A stretch of 64,000 nt of DNA, taken from Pristiophorus japonicus (taxonomy: Eukaryota). Below, one piece after another: positions 1 through 11,839 of the stretch. Made by a program: the position numbers and the translations under genes. Position 1 is the first letter of the stretch. Every line of letters starts with the position of its first letter. The stretch lies in NCBI RefSeq assembly GCF_044704955.1, contig NC_091996.1, forward strand, positions 86,366,001 to 86,430,000. Direction: 5' to 3'. The notes beneath the pieces were generated by a model, which was given only the letters and a program-made list of their open reading frames with translations, did not search any database and was not told the origin of the DNA.

Positions 1-570
1 GGGCCCTGGTGAGACCACACCTGGAGTATTGTGCAGAGTTTTGGTCTCCTTACCTAAGAAAGGATACACTTGCCATAGAGGGAGTGCAGCGAAAGTTCAC
101 CAGACTGATTCCTGGGATGACAGGACTGTCGTATGAGGAGAGATTGGGTCGACTGGGCTTGTATTCACTAGGATTTAGAAGAATGAGAGGGGATCTCATT
201 GAAACGTACAAAATTCTGACTGGGTGGGACAGACTGGATGCGGGGAGGATGTTTCCCCGGGCTGGGAAGTCTAGAACAAGGGGTCACAGTCTCAGGATAC
301 GGGGTAGGAAATTTAGGACCGAGATAAGGAGAAATATTTTCATTCAAAGGGTGGCGAACCTGTGCAATTCTCTACCACAGAAGGTTGTGGAGACCAAATC
401 ACTGAATATATTTAAGAGGGTGATAGATAGATTTCGAGAAACAAAAGGCATCAAGGGGTATGGGGAAAAAGCGGGAATATGGTGTTGAGATAGAGGATCA
501 GCCATGATCATATTGAATGACGGTGCAGACTCGAAGGGCCGAATGGCCTACTACTGCTCCTGTTTCTATG
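1..570 (+). mobile_element. CR1 LINE 3' end
   Basis: RPHLEYC..FWSP, LYSL..RRMRGDLIE and TRGHSLRI ORF2 C-terminus followed by the CR1 3' UTR. Confidence 0.9.
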
Positions 571-684
571 TATTCTCTCGCATATAGAAGATTAAGGGGT
601 GATCTGATCAAGGTGTTAAAAATGATAAAAGGATTCGATAGGGTAGATAGAGATAAACTATTTCCTCTGGTGGGGGGAGTCCAG

Positions 685-1720
685 AACATAGAAATTTACA
701 GCGTAGAAAGAGGTCATTTTGGCCCATCGTGTCCGTGCCGGCCGACAAAGAGCCACACGGCCCTCAGTCAGCAGCCCTAAAGGTTAAATCTCAACCTATG
801 AACAACGAACAATGGCGGAAAGGTAAAGAGCACCCGGCCCAACCAGTCCGCCTCACACAACTGCGACACCCCTTATACTGAAACATTCTACACTCCACCC
901 CAACCGGAGCCAAGTGATCTCCTGGGAGAGGCAAAAACCAGATAAAAACCCAAGCCAATTTAGGGAGAAAAAAAATCTGGGAAAATTCCTCTCCGACCCA
1001 TCCAGGCGATCGAAACTAGTCCAGATCATCACCCTGGCTGTATTCTATTCCCTGCAGTACTTACCATTATATCTGCGCCGTCCAACAAAAGGTCATCCAG
1101 TCTAATCCCAATTACCAGCTCTCGGTCCGTAACCTTGCAGGTTACTGCACTTTAAGTGCCCATCCAACCATCTCTTAAAAGTGGTGAGGGTTTCTGCATC
1201 CACCACTCTTCCAGGCAGCGAGTTCCAGATCCCCACAACCCTCTGCATAAAGAAGCCCCCCTGCCCCTCAAATACCCTTTAAACCTTCCACCAACCACCT
1301 TAAAACTATGCCCCCTCGTAATAGACCCCCCCCGCCAATGGAAAGAGACCCTTACTATCCACTATATCCAGGCCCCTCAATATTTTGTACACCTCAATGA
1401 GGTCTCCTCTCAACTTCCTCTGTTCCAATGAGAGCAAACCCAGCCTATCCAATCTGTCCTCATAACAAAGATTCTCCATTCCAGGCAGCATCCTAGTAAA
1501 TCGCCTCTGCACCCTCTCCAGTGCAATCACGTCCTTCCTACAATACGGCGACCAGATCTGCACGCAGTACTCCAGCTGTGGCCTAAGCAAAGTATTATAC
1601 AATTTAAGCATAACCTCCCTGCTCTTATATTCTATGCCTCGGCCAATAAAGGCAAGCATTCCGTATGCCTTCTTAACCACCTTATCCACCTGGCCTGCTA
1701 CTTTCAGGGATCTACAGACA
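685..1720 (-). mobile_element. CR1 LINE, subfamily with an extended 3' UTR, nested in another CR1 fragment
   Basis: KKAYGMLAFIGRGIEYKS...RPQLEYC; the same long 3' UTR occurs at 22843-23388 (+). Confidence 0.85.
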
Positions 1721-2419
1721 AGCGCAAGGGGTCATCACCTTAAAATTAGAGCCAGGTCGTTCAGGGGTAATGTCAGGAAGCACTTCTTCACATAAAGGGT
1801 GGTGGAAATCTTGAACTCTCTCCCCCAAAAGCTGTTGAGGCTGGGGGTCAATTGGAAAATTCACAACTGAGTCGGATAGATTTGTGTCAGGTGAGGATAT
1901 GAAGGGTTACGGAGCCAAGGCGGGTGGATGGAGTTAAGATACAGATCAGCCATGATCTCATTGAATGGCGGAGCAGGCTCGAGGAGCTGAGTGGCCTCCT
2001 GCTGTTCCTGTGCAGACGGCGAATGGAATGAGAATGCAGTGTTGCCGCGGGGCTGGGACCAGGGGAAACATCACCTTTCTTTCTCCGTCCCACCGCCACG
2101 AAAGGGTGTGGATGCCAAGGGGTCAATTGGAGCTTTCAAGGCGGAGATCAATAGATTGTTGTTGGATGAGGGTATCAAGGGGTTTTGGATCAAAGGCGAG
2201 TGAATATACATGGAGTTAAGATGTAGATCAGCCATGATCTAACGGAATGGTACAGCAGGCCCAAAGGGCTGAATGGCCACTGAGCCAGAGGGGACCTAGA
2301 CGTTAACTGATCCGAGAGGGAGCTGACGGGAAGAAGCTGCGATGTGCTTGCTGGCCGACAGGCCCTACCAATCCAATCCGTAGAAGAGGATAAGTGTGAA
2401 GGACGTTGGAGGACACAGA

Positions 2420-2855
2420 AAAAAAACTTGCATTTATATAGCACCGGACTCAAAGCGCTTTACAGCCAGTGAAGTACTTTCTGAAGTATAGTCATTGTTG
2501 TAATGTGGGAAATGCGGCAGCCAATGTTCGTACAGCAACGTGATAATGATCGGATAATCTGTTTTTTTAGTGATTTTGATTGAGGGATAAATATTGGCCC
2601 AGGACACCGGGGATAACTCCCCTGTTCTTCTTCGAAATAGTGGCCGTGGGATGTTTTACGTCCACCTGAGAGCAGACGGGGCCTCGGTTTAACGTCTCAC
2701 CCAAATGATGACAGCTCCCCCCAGTGCGGCACTCCCTCAGTACTGCACTAGGAGTGTCACCCTAGATTTATCGACTCAAAGTCCCTGGAGTGGGAGTCGA
2801 ACCCACAACCTCCCAAGTCAGAGGCGAGTGTGCGACCCACTGAGCCACGGCTGAA
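2420..2855 (-). mobile_element. tRNA-headed Deu-type SINE (SacSINE1-like)
   Basis: A box TGGCTCAGTGG, B box GGTTCGACTCC, shared central body, tail CTATATAAATGCAAG. Confidence 0.8.
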
Positions 2856-2863
2856 ACCGTTAC

Positions 2864-3037
2864 CTTGCGACCTTCCTCCCCATCATCTTCGGCATCCTGG
2901 TCCTTTTTCCGTCGCTTGATTTTCTTCTCTTTCTTCTCCTTCCGTTTCTTTCTCTTTTTCTTGCCGAAGTCGCTGCCGCCGCTGTCCGATTTCTCCTTTA
3001 GCTCTTCCAGCTCCGAGGCGATTTCGTCCTCGCTTTC
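2864..3037 (-). CDS. CHD3: CHD3 coding exon 3 (ESEDEIASELEELKEKSDSGGSDFGKKKRKKRKEKKEKKIKRRKK...); gene continues beyond the left edge
   Basis: Acceptor AAACAG|, donor AAG|GTAACG, 174 nt, phase 0/0. Similar to CHD3 [25 protein letters not shown]...EKKEKKTKRRKK; lies next to CYB5D1 and NAA38. Confidence 0.92.
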
Positions 3038-4014
3038 CTGTTTTGGACCAAACACAGGCCAAGTGGGTTTTAAAATCTCTCAGCGAGAACTCAAGCTAGT
3101 TGCTCACCGCCAGGAATTACGTCAAATTTTACAGAACAGAAACGGGCCGGTGGTGTTTATGCTCCACGCAAGCCTCCTCGAACCTCTCTTCATTTCACCC
3201 TATCAGCATATCCTTCTATTCCTTTCGCCCTCAAGTGTTTATCCAGCTTCCCCCTAAATGCAGCTATGCTATTCGCCTCAACCACTCCCCGTGGTAGCGA
3301 GTTCCACATTCATTGTCCCCGGCTCTCTGAGTCTCTCTGGCGCGCTCTCTCTCGGGCGCACTCTCTCCTTCCTGCTTTTTTTTCCCCTCTCTCTCTCTCC
3401 GTGCTTGCTCGTGATCTGGTGTGAGGGCTGAAACAGTGAATTACTTACATGCTCCTCCGTTAGGGGGTTGTGTACAGGCTACTGGTCAGAGGCAGTGGAG
3501 GGACAGGCCATCCCGGGCTGAACTGCTCCGGCAGCAACACTCTGGTCCAGTGTGGGTCACGGAGCAGGGGCACGGTGCACAACTTCCCTTCAATCCACAT
3601 GGAGACACATGGCTGCTTCCCCCTCCCCCTCCCCACCCACCCCACCCCACTTGCTCCTTCTCCCTCACTCTCTTCCCCACCCACCCCCGCCCCCCAACCT
3701 CTCCGTCTCCCCTCCTCTGCTTGCTCCTTCTCGCTCACTCTCTCCCTTTCCCCACTCGCTCCTTCTCCCTCTCCCTCTCCCCACTTGTTCCTTCTCTCTG
3801 CTTCTCTCCCCGCCCGCTCGCTCCTTCTCTCTCCCTCCCCCCCCCCTCCCCCTACATGCACTAACAAAAGCTCAAGGTAGGCAGACACACCGGAGCTGCT
3901 CCTGGACCTACTGGGTTGCTTTAATGAGCCCTGGCTCTTTTTTTTTAATTTAAGCTCCCCTCCCCCACACCAATCTTCTTTCCCCTTCCTTCCTCTCAGC
4001 TCCCGCCTGGAACA

Positions 4015-4031
4015 TGCTGCCCTCTGGTGCC
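4015..4031 (-). promoter_or_regulatory. Candidate CTCF site
   Basis: Minus strand reads GGCACCAGAGGGCAGCA, close to the CTCF core CCASYAGRKGGCRS; lies in unique sequence. Confidence 0.5.
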
Positions 4032-4109
4032 GAGCGACTCATCCTTTACAGCGTGTGCGCCTAGCCACTGAGTGTTGGCACGGCACACACAAAAGGAGCT
4101 TGACCCTGA

Positions 4110-4244
4110 NNNNNNNNNNNNNNNNNNNNNNNNNNNNNNNNNNNNNNNNNNNNNNNNNNNNNNNNNNNNNNNNNNNNNNNNNNNNNNNNNNNNNNNNNNN
4201 NNNNNNNNNNNNNNNNNNNNNNNNNNNNNNNNNNNNNNNNNNNN
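4110..4244. other. Assembly gap (135 N)
   Basis: Run of n. Confidence 1.
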
Positions 4245-4399
4245 AGCTAGCGCAGGTAACCAAAAGCTTGGTCAAAGTAGTATGTTCGAAGGAGCATCTT
4301 GAAGGAGGGAAGACAGGTAGCGAGGTTTCGGCAGGGAGTTCCAGAGTTTGGGGCCTAGGCAACAGAAGGCATGGTCACTAATGTGGAGCAATTAGAATA

Positions 4400-4970
4400 G
4401 GGTATTGGTGAGGCCACACCTGGAATACTGCGTGCAGTTTTGGTTTCCATATTTACGAAAGGATATACTTGCTTTGGAGGCAGTTCAGAGAAGGTTCGCT
4501 AGGTTGATTCCGGGGATGAGGGGGTTGACTTATGAGGAAAGGTTGAGTAGGTTGGGCCTCTACTCATTGGAATTCAGAAGAATGAGAGGTGGTCTTATCG
4601 AAACGTATAAGATTATGAGGGGGCTCGACAAGGTGGATGCAAAGAGGATGTTTCCACTGATGGGGGAAGACTAGAACTAGGGAGCATGATCTTAGAATAA
4701 GGGGCCGCCCATTTAAAACTGAGATGAGAAGAAATTTCTTCTCTCAGAGGGTTGTAAATCTGTGGAATTCGCTGCCTCAGAGAGCTGTGGAAGCTGGGAC
4801 AATTTAAGACAGAAATAGACAGTTTCTTAAATGATAAGGGGATAAGGAGTTATGGGGAGCAGGCAGGGAAGTGGAGCTGAGTCCATGATCAGATCAGCCA
4901 TAATCTTATTGACTGGCGGAGCAGGCTCGAGGGGCCGTATGGCATACTCCTGCTCCCATTTCTTATGTAA
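4400..4970 (+). mobile_element. CR1 LINE 3' fragment inserted in an L2 copy
   Basis: [12 protein letters not shown]...; L2 sequence resumes on both sides. Confidence 0.85.
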
Positions 4971-5140
4971 TCAGGGATGCTCAAGACGGCAGAATTAGAG
5001 GAGCGCAGAGATCTCGGGGGGGGGGGGGGTTGTGGAGGAGATTACAGAGATAGGGAGGGGCGAGGGCCATGGAGGGATTTGAAAACAAGGGTGAGAATTT
5101 TGAAATCGAGGTGCTGCTTAACCAGGAGCCAATGTAGGTC

Positions 5141-5422
5141 AGTGAGCACAGGGGGTGATGGGTGAGCGGGACTTGGTGCGAGTTAGGACATGGGGCAGCA
5201 AGCACAGGGGGTGATGGGTGAGCGGGACTCAGTGAGAGTTAGGACACGGGGCAGCGAGCACAGGGGGGTGATGGGTGAGCGGGACTTGGTGCGAGTTAGG
5301 ACACGGGGCAGCGAGCACAGGGGGTGATGGGTGAGCGGGACTTGGTGCGAGTTAGGACACGGGGCAGCGAGCACAGGGGGGGTGATGGGTGAGCGGGACT
5401 TGGTGCGAGTTAGGACACGGGC
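5141..5422 (-). repeat. 56-bp minisatellite inside an L2 LINE (about 5 units)
   Basis: Unit GTCCTAACTCGCACC(A/G)AGTCCCGCTCACCCATCACCCCCTGTGCTCGCTGCCCCGT on minus. Confidence 0.9.
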
Positions 5423-7477
5423 TGCTTATATAACTCAAGGAGGTTAGACCGAAGCTAACTGTATCCCTGGCTATGATGGGCCAACCACACAGTGCAGCAG
5501 TTGAGCTTAGCTCAATCAATCACTCTAGCCTGTTGTAGATCTTGAACGCTGAGTGATCCCCTTCCCTTGGGCAATTCTGAATGAGATATGTGCTTGTGAC
5601 ATGCCGGGGGCTGCTAGCAAAGGTTAATAGAGTGTTAAAAGGAATTGTGCTGTTCCAAATTTCAGATAACTGCACACGGTCATACTGTTATTACCTTAAA
5701 GGAGCATACATGGTGGAACTGACCCACTACATATTATATCCAACAGTCAGTCCCAAAAACAACAGCAAATTGCATTTATATAGTGCCTTTAACATAGTAA
5801 AACATCCCAAGGTGCTTCACAGCAGCGATTATCAAACAAAATTCAACACACGAGCCACATAAAGTAATGTTAGGACAGGTGGCGGGTTTTAAGCAATAGA
5901 TAGAGCTCGAGAGGCGGGGAGGTTTAGGGAGGGAATTCCAGAGCTTGGGGCTCAGACAGCTTGGCCGCCAATGGTGGAGCGATAAAAATCAGGGATGCAC
6001 AAGAGGCCGGAATTGGAGGAGCGCAGAGACCTCGGAGAGGTTGTCAGGTTGTCGGAGATTACAGCAAGGCTGTGGAGGGATTTGAACACACAGGATGAGA
6101 ATTTTTAAAATCAAGGCGTTGCCGGACCAATACAGGTCAGCGAGGACCGGGGGGGGCGGTTGATGGGTGAACAGGACTCAGTGCGAGTTAAGAAAATTCT
6201 GACGGGATTGGACAGATTAGATGCAGGAAGAATGTTCCCGATGTTGGGGAAGTCCAGAACCAGGGGCCACCGTCTAAGGATAAGGGGTAAGCCATTTAGG
6301 ACCGAGATGAGGAGAAACTTCTTCACCCAGAGAGTGGTGAACCTGTGGAATTCCCTACCGCAGAGAGTTGTTGATGCCAGTTCGTTAGATATATTCAAGA
6401 GGGAGTTAGATATGGCCCAGACGGCTAAAGAGATCAAGGGGTATGGAGAGAAAGCAGGAAAGGGGCACTGAGGGAATGATCAGCCATGATTTTATTGAAT
6501 GGTGGTGCAGGCTCGAAGGGCCGAATGGCCTACTCCTGCACCTATTTTCTATGTTTCTAGGACTCGGGGCAGCAGATCTTTGGATGAGCTGAAGTTTACG
6601 GAGGGTGGAAGATGGGAGGTTGGCCAGGGTTGCGTTGGAATAGTCGAGTCTGGAGTCACCGGGGACCAGGGAGAGCTGCAAGGCTTGGATCATCAAAACA
6701 TAACAGCAGGAGCAGGACATATGGGCCTCCCGAGCCTGCTCCACCATTCTGTAAGATCATGGCTGATCATCGACCCCAACTCCACTTTCCCACCCGATCC
6801 CCATGTCCCTCGATTCCCCTAGAGTCCAAAAATCAGGACACAGTGGTGACTTTTTGCTGGTTTATCTAGCATAATGGACACAAGCAGATTCAATAATCAA
6901 GAGAACTGGGTATATACTTGAAAGGAAAAACTTGCAGGGCTATGGGGAAAGAGTGGTGGCTGGAGGAAAGATTGGGACTAATCGGACAGCTCTTTCAAAG
7001 AGCCAGCATGGGCACGATGGGTCAAGTGGACTGTGCTGTGTGAGTCTATCAGTCTATCTGCTGCAGTCTACAAACTCACACACTTCCCCCCCCCCCCCCC
7101 CCACCCCACCACCCCCCCCACACCCAAGGCGCTTCACCTGAGAGCAGACGGGGCCTCGGTTTAACATCTCTTCCGAAAGACGGCACCTCCGACAGTGCAG
7201 TACTCCCTCAGCACTGGGAGTGTCAGCCTAGATATATGTGCTCAAGTCCCTGGAGTGGGACTTGAAACCACAATCTTCTGACTCAAGAGGCGAGTGTGCT
7301 GCCCACTGAGCCACAACTGACATTGTCAGACGTTGAACCGAGGCCCCGTCTGCTCTCTCGGGTGGACATAAAAGAACTCACGGCCACTATTTTGAAGAAG
7401 AACAACGGGAGTTCTCCCCGGTGTCCTGGGGCCAATATTTACCCCTCAACCAACATAACATAAAAACAGATTATCTG

Positions 7478-7745
7478 TGTCATGTATCTCACACTACTGT
7501 ATATAACTGTATCTTACCATGCTATACATGACTGTAACTAGATATGACCTGTAACCACAAGCATACTTTACCACCAGGGGTGCACTTGCAGGGGATACTG
7601 CACACCTGTCCCACACAGGTATATAAAGGCAGGTTTCAGGCAAGTGTGGCACTCGAGAGCTGTGAAATAAAGGTGCAGGTCCAGAGTGACCTTGAGTTCA
7701 GCATGTGCCTCGTGCAAGTCTGTACTGCCGGGTCAGGACTTTACA
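7478..7745 (+). mobile_element. Solo LTR (268 bp) inserted in a SINE
   Basis: TG...CA termini (TGTCA...TTACA), exact 5-bp TSD ATCTG (7473-7477 and 7746-7750), TATATAAA at 7620, AATAAA at 7666. Confidence 0.88.
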
Positions 7746-8229
7746 ATCTGGGTCATTACCACATTGCTGTTTGTGGGAGCTTGTTGTACGCAAATTGGCT
7801 GCCGCGTTTCCCACATTACAACAGTGACTACACTACAAAAAAGTACTTCATTGGCCGTAAAGCACTTCGAGACGTCCGGTGGTCTTGAAAGGTGCTATAT
7901 AAATGCAAGTCTGTCTTTTTTAAAACAGCTAACCCTCCCACTCCCTGTGAACAATGCCACAGGAGATCTGCCAGTTGCGTACAGGTGCAAAATTATTTCA
8001 CACATTTGCAAATTTTATTTGAGAGGTCAAGGAGCCATTAATATCCCAAACCAGATGCCAGGCTGTTCCATTTCCCTCTTTCCTTTACATTGCATCTATT
8101 TAACTTACTTCCTTTGCTTTGAAATACATTCTGCACAGTTGAAAGACTGAACCTGCCGGGGGTTCCTTTCTCTAAAGAGAAGGCTGAGGGGGTGACCTGA
8201 AAGAGGTCTTTAAAATGATGAAGGGTTTT

Positions 8230-9895
8230 ACATAAGAACATAAGAATTAGGAACAGGAGTAGGCCATCTAGTCCCTCGAGCCTGCCCCGCCATTCAATAA
8301 GATCATGGCTGATCTGGTCGTGGACTCAGCTCCACCTACCCGCCCTCTCCCCGTAACCCTAATTCCCTTATTGCTTAAAAATCTATCTATCTTTGACTTG
8401 AAAACATTCAATGAGCTAGCCTCAACTGCTTCCTTGGGCAGAGAATTCCACAGATTCACAACCCTCTGGGAGAAGAAATTCTTTCTCAACTCGGTTTTAA
8501 ATTGGCTCCTCCGTATTTTGAGGCTGTGCCCCCTAGTTCTAGTCTCCCTGACCAGTGGAAACAACCTCTCTGCCTCCATCTTGTCTATCCCTTTCATGAT
8601 TTTAAATGTTTCTATAAGATCACCCCCCATCCTTCTGAACTCCAAGGAGTAAAGACCCAGTCTACACAATCTATCATCATAAGGTAACCCCCTCATTTCT
8701 CGAATCAGCCTAGTGAATCGTCTCTGTACCCCTTCCAAAGCTAGTATATCCTTCCTTAAGTAAGGTGAACAAAACTGCACGCAGTACTCCAGGTGCGGCC
8801 TTACCAATACCTTATACAGTTGCAGCAACACCTCCCTGCTTTTGTACTCCATCCCTTTCGCAATGAAGGCCAACATTCCATTTGCCTTCCTGATTACCTG
8901 CTGCACCTGCAAACTAACCTTTTGGGAGTTTTATGCACAAGGACCCCCAGGTCCCTCTGCACCACAACATGTTGTAATTTCTCCCCATTCAAATAATATT
9001 CCCTTTTACTGTTGTTTTTCCCCAAGTTGGATGACCTCACACTTTCCGACATTGTATTCCATCTGCCAAACCTTAGCCCATTCGCTTAACCTATCCAAAT
9101 CTCCTTGTCGCCTCTCTGAGTCCTCTACACAACCCGCTTTCCCACTAATCTTAGTGTCATCTGCAAATTTTGTTGCACTACACTCTGTCCCCTCCTCTAG
9201 GTCATCTATGTATATTGTAAACAGTTGTGGTCCCAGCACTGATCCCTGTGGCACACCACTAACCACTGATTTCCAACCGGAAAAGGACCCATTTATCCCG
9301 ACTCTCTGCTTTCTGTTCGCCAGCCAATTCTCTATCCATGCGAATACATTTCCTCTGACTCCGCGTACCTTTATCTTCTGCAGTAACCTTTTGTGTGGCA
9401 CCTTATCGAATGCCTTTTGGAAATCTAAATACACCACATCCATCGGTACACCTCTATCCACCATGCTCGTTATATCCTCAAAGAATTCCAGTAAGTTAGT
9501 TAAACATGATTTCCCTTTCATGAATCCATGTTGCGTCTACTTGATTGCACTATTCCTATCCAGATGTCCCGCTATTTCTTCCTTAATGATAGTTTCAAGC
9601 ATTTTCCCCACTACAGATGTTAAACTAACCGGCCTATCTTTTGCCTGCCCCCCTTTTTAAACAGAGGCGTTACATTAGCTGCTCTCCAATCCGCTGGTAC
9701 CTCCCCAGAGTCCAGAGAATTTTGGTAGATTATAACAAATGCATCTGCTATAACTTCCGCCATCTCTTTTAATACCCTGGGATGCATTTCATCAGGACTA
9801 GGGGACTTGTCTACCTTCAATCCCATTAGTCTGTCCAGCACTACCTCCCTAGTGATAGTGATCATCTCAAGGTCCTCCCTTCCCACATTCCTATG
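8230..9895 (-). mobile_element. CR1 LINE with RT domain, 5' truncated and frameshifted
   Basis: KGKSCLTNLLEFF, YLDFQKAFDKVPH, GVPQGSVLGP, KFADDTK, RPHLEYC. Confidence 0.93.
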
Positions 9896-10292
9896 ACCAG
9901 AAATTTTTGGCAGGATAGGATAGGATAGACGAGGAGATGTTTCCACTTGTAGGGGGGAGTCCAGAACTAGGGGCCATAAATATAAGAAATAGGAGCAGGA
10001 GTAGGCCATACAGCCCCTTGAGCCTGCTCCGCCATTCAGCAAGATCATGGCTGATCATACACCACGTTCCCACCCGATCTCCATATCCCTCGATTACCCG
10101 AGACTCCAAAAATCTATCGATCTCACCCTTGAATATATTCAGAGACTCAGCATCCACATCCCTCTGGGGCAGAGAATTCCAAAGATTCAAACCCTCAGAA
10201 GAAATTCCTCCTCATCGGTCTTAAAAGGCCGACCACTTTTCCTGAGTCTGTGCCCCTTGGTTCTAGACTCTCCCGCCAGGGGGAAACAACCT

Positions 10293-11100
10293 ACATAAGA
10301 ACATAAGAAATAGGAGCAGGAGTAGGCCATAAGGCCCCTCGAGCCTGCTCCGCCATTCGACATGATCATGGCTGATCTGATCATGAACTCAGCTCCACTC
10401 CCCATAACCCCTTATTCCCTTATCGGTTAAGAAACTGTCTATTTCTGTCTTAAATTTATTCAATGTCCCAGCTTCCACAGCTCTCTGAGGCAGCGAATGC
10501 CACAGAGTCACAACGCTCAGAGAAGAAATTTTTCCTCATCTCAGTTTTAAATGGGTGGCCCCTTATTCTAAGATCATGCCCTCTAGTTCTAGTCTTCCCC
10601 ATCAGTGGAAACATCCTCTCTGCATCCACCTTGTCAAGCCCCCTCATAATCTTATACATTTCTATAAGACCACCTCTCATTCTTCTGAATTCCAATGAGT
10701 AGACGCCCAACCTACTCAGCCTCTCTCATAAGTCAACCTCCTCATCCCCGGAATCAGCCTAGTGAACCTTCTCTGAACTGCCTTCACAGAAATTATATCC
10801 TTTCATAAATATGGAAACCAAAACTGCACGCAGTATTCCAGGTGTGGCCTCACCAATACCCTGTACAGTTGTAGCAGGACTTCTCTGCTTTTATACTCCA
10901 TCCCCTTTGCAATAAAGGCCAAGATACCATTGGCCTTCCTGATCACTTGCTGTACCTACATACTATCCTTTTGAGTTTCATGCACAAGTACCCCCAGGTC
11001 CCGCTGTACGGCAGCACTTTGCGATCTTTCTCCATTTAAATAATAACTTGCTCTTTGATTTTTTTTCTGTCAAAATGCATGACCTCACACTTTCCAACCA
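10293..11100 (-). mobile_element. CR1 LINE 3' fragment
   Basis: ORF2 C-terminus and (TTCTTATG)-type tail. Confidence 0.85.
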
Positions 11101-11299
11101 CTCAGTATCTACCCCGTCATGAGATCACCTCTCATTCTTCTAAACTCCAGAGAGTATAGGACCATTCTACATAATCTCTCATCATAAGACAACCCTCTCA
11201 TCCAGGAATCAATCTGGTGAACCTCCGTTGCACCGCCTCCAAGGCAAGTATATCCTTCCTTAGATAAGGAGACCAAAACTGTGCACAGTACTCCAGGTG

Positions 11300-11570
11300 A
11301 AAGTGCATCCGGGAGGGCGTTGAGCACTTCGAGTCTCAACGTCGAGAGCATGCAGAAATCAAGCACGGGCAGCGGAAGGAGCGTGCAGCAAACCAGACTC
11401 CCCACCCACCCTTTCCCTCAACGACTGTCTGTCCCACCTGTGACAGAGTCTGTGGCTCTCGTATTGGACTGTTCAGCCACCAAAGAACTCACTTCAGGAG
11501 TGGAAGCAAGTCTTCCTCGATTCTGAGGGACTGCCGATGCTGATGATGATGATGATGGTGATGGTGGTGG
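11300..11570 (+). mobile_element. RTE LINE 3' end nested in a CR1
   Basis: Encodes CPTCDRVCGSRIGLFSHQRTH (RTE C-terminal Cys/His motif), then GAAGCAAGTC...GAGGGACTGCC and a (GAT)n tail. Confidence 0.8.
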
Positions 11571-11839
11571 TCTCACCAAGACCCTGTACAATTGTAGCAA
11601 CACTTCCTCACTCTTATACACCAACCCCTTTGTAATAAAGGACAACATTCCATTTGCCTTCCTTATTGCTTGCTGTACCTGCATACTAGCTTTCTGTGCT
11701 TTATTAAGATAGTCATTAATAAATCCAACAGGGAATTCAGGAGAAACTTCTCTACCCCGGGAGCGGTCAGAATGTGGAACTCGCTACCAATATTCCCTCT
11801 AATTTTTCTGTGCGCTTTAACACAGTAGCAGCTCTGTTG

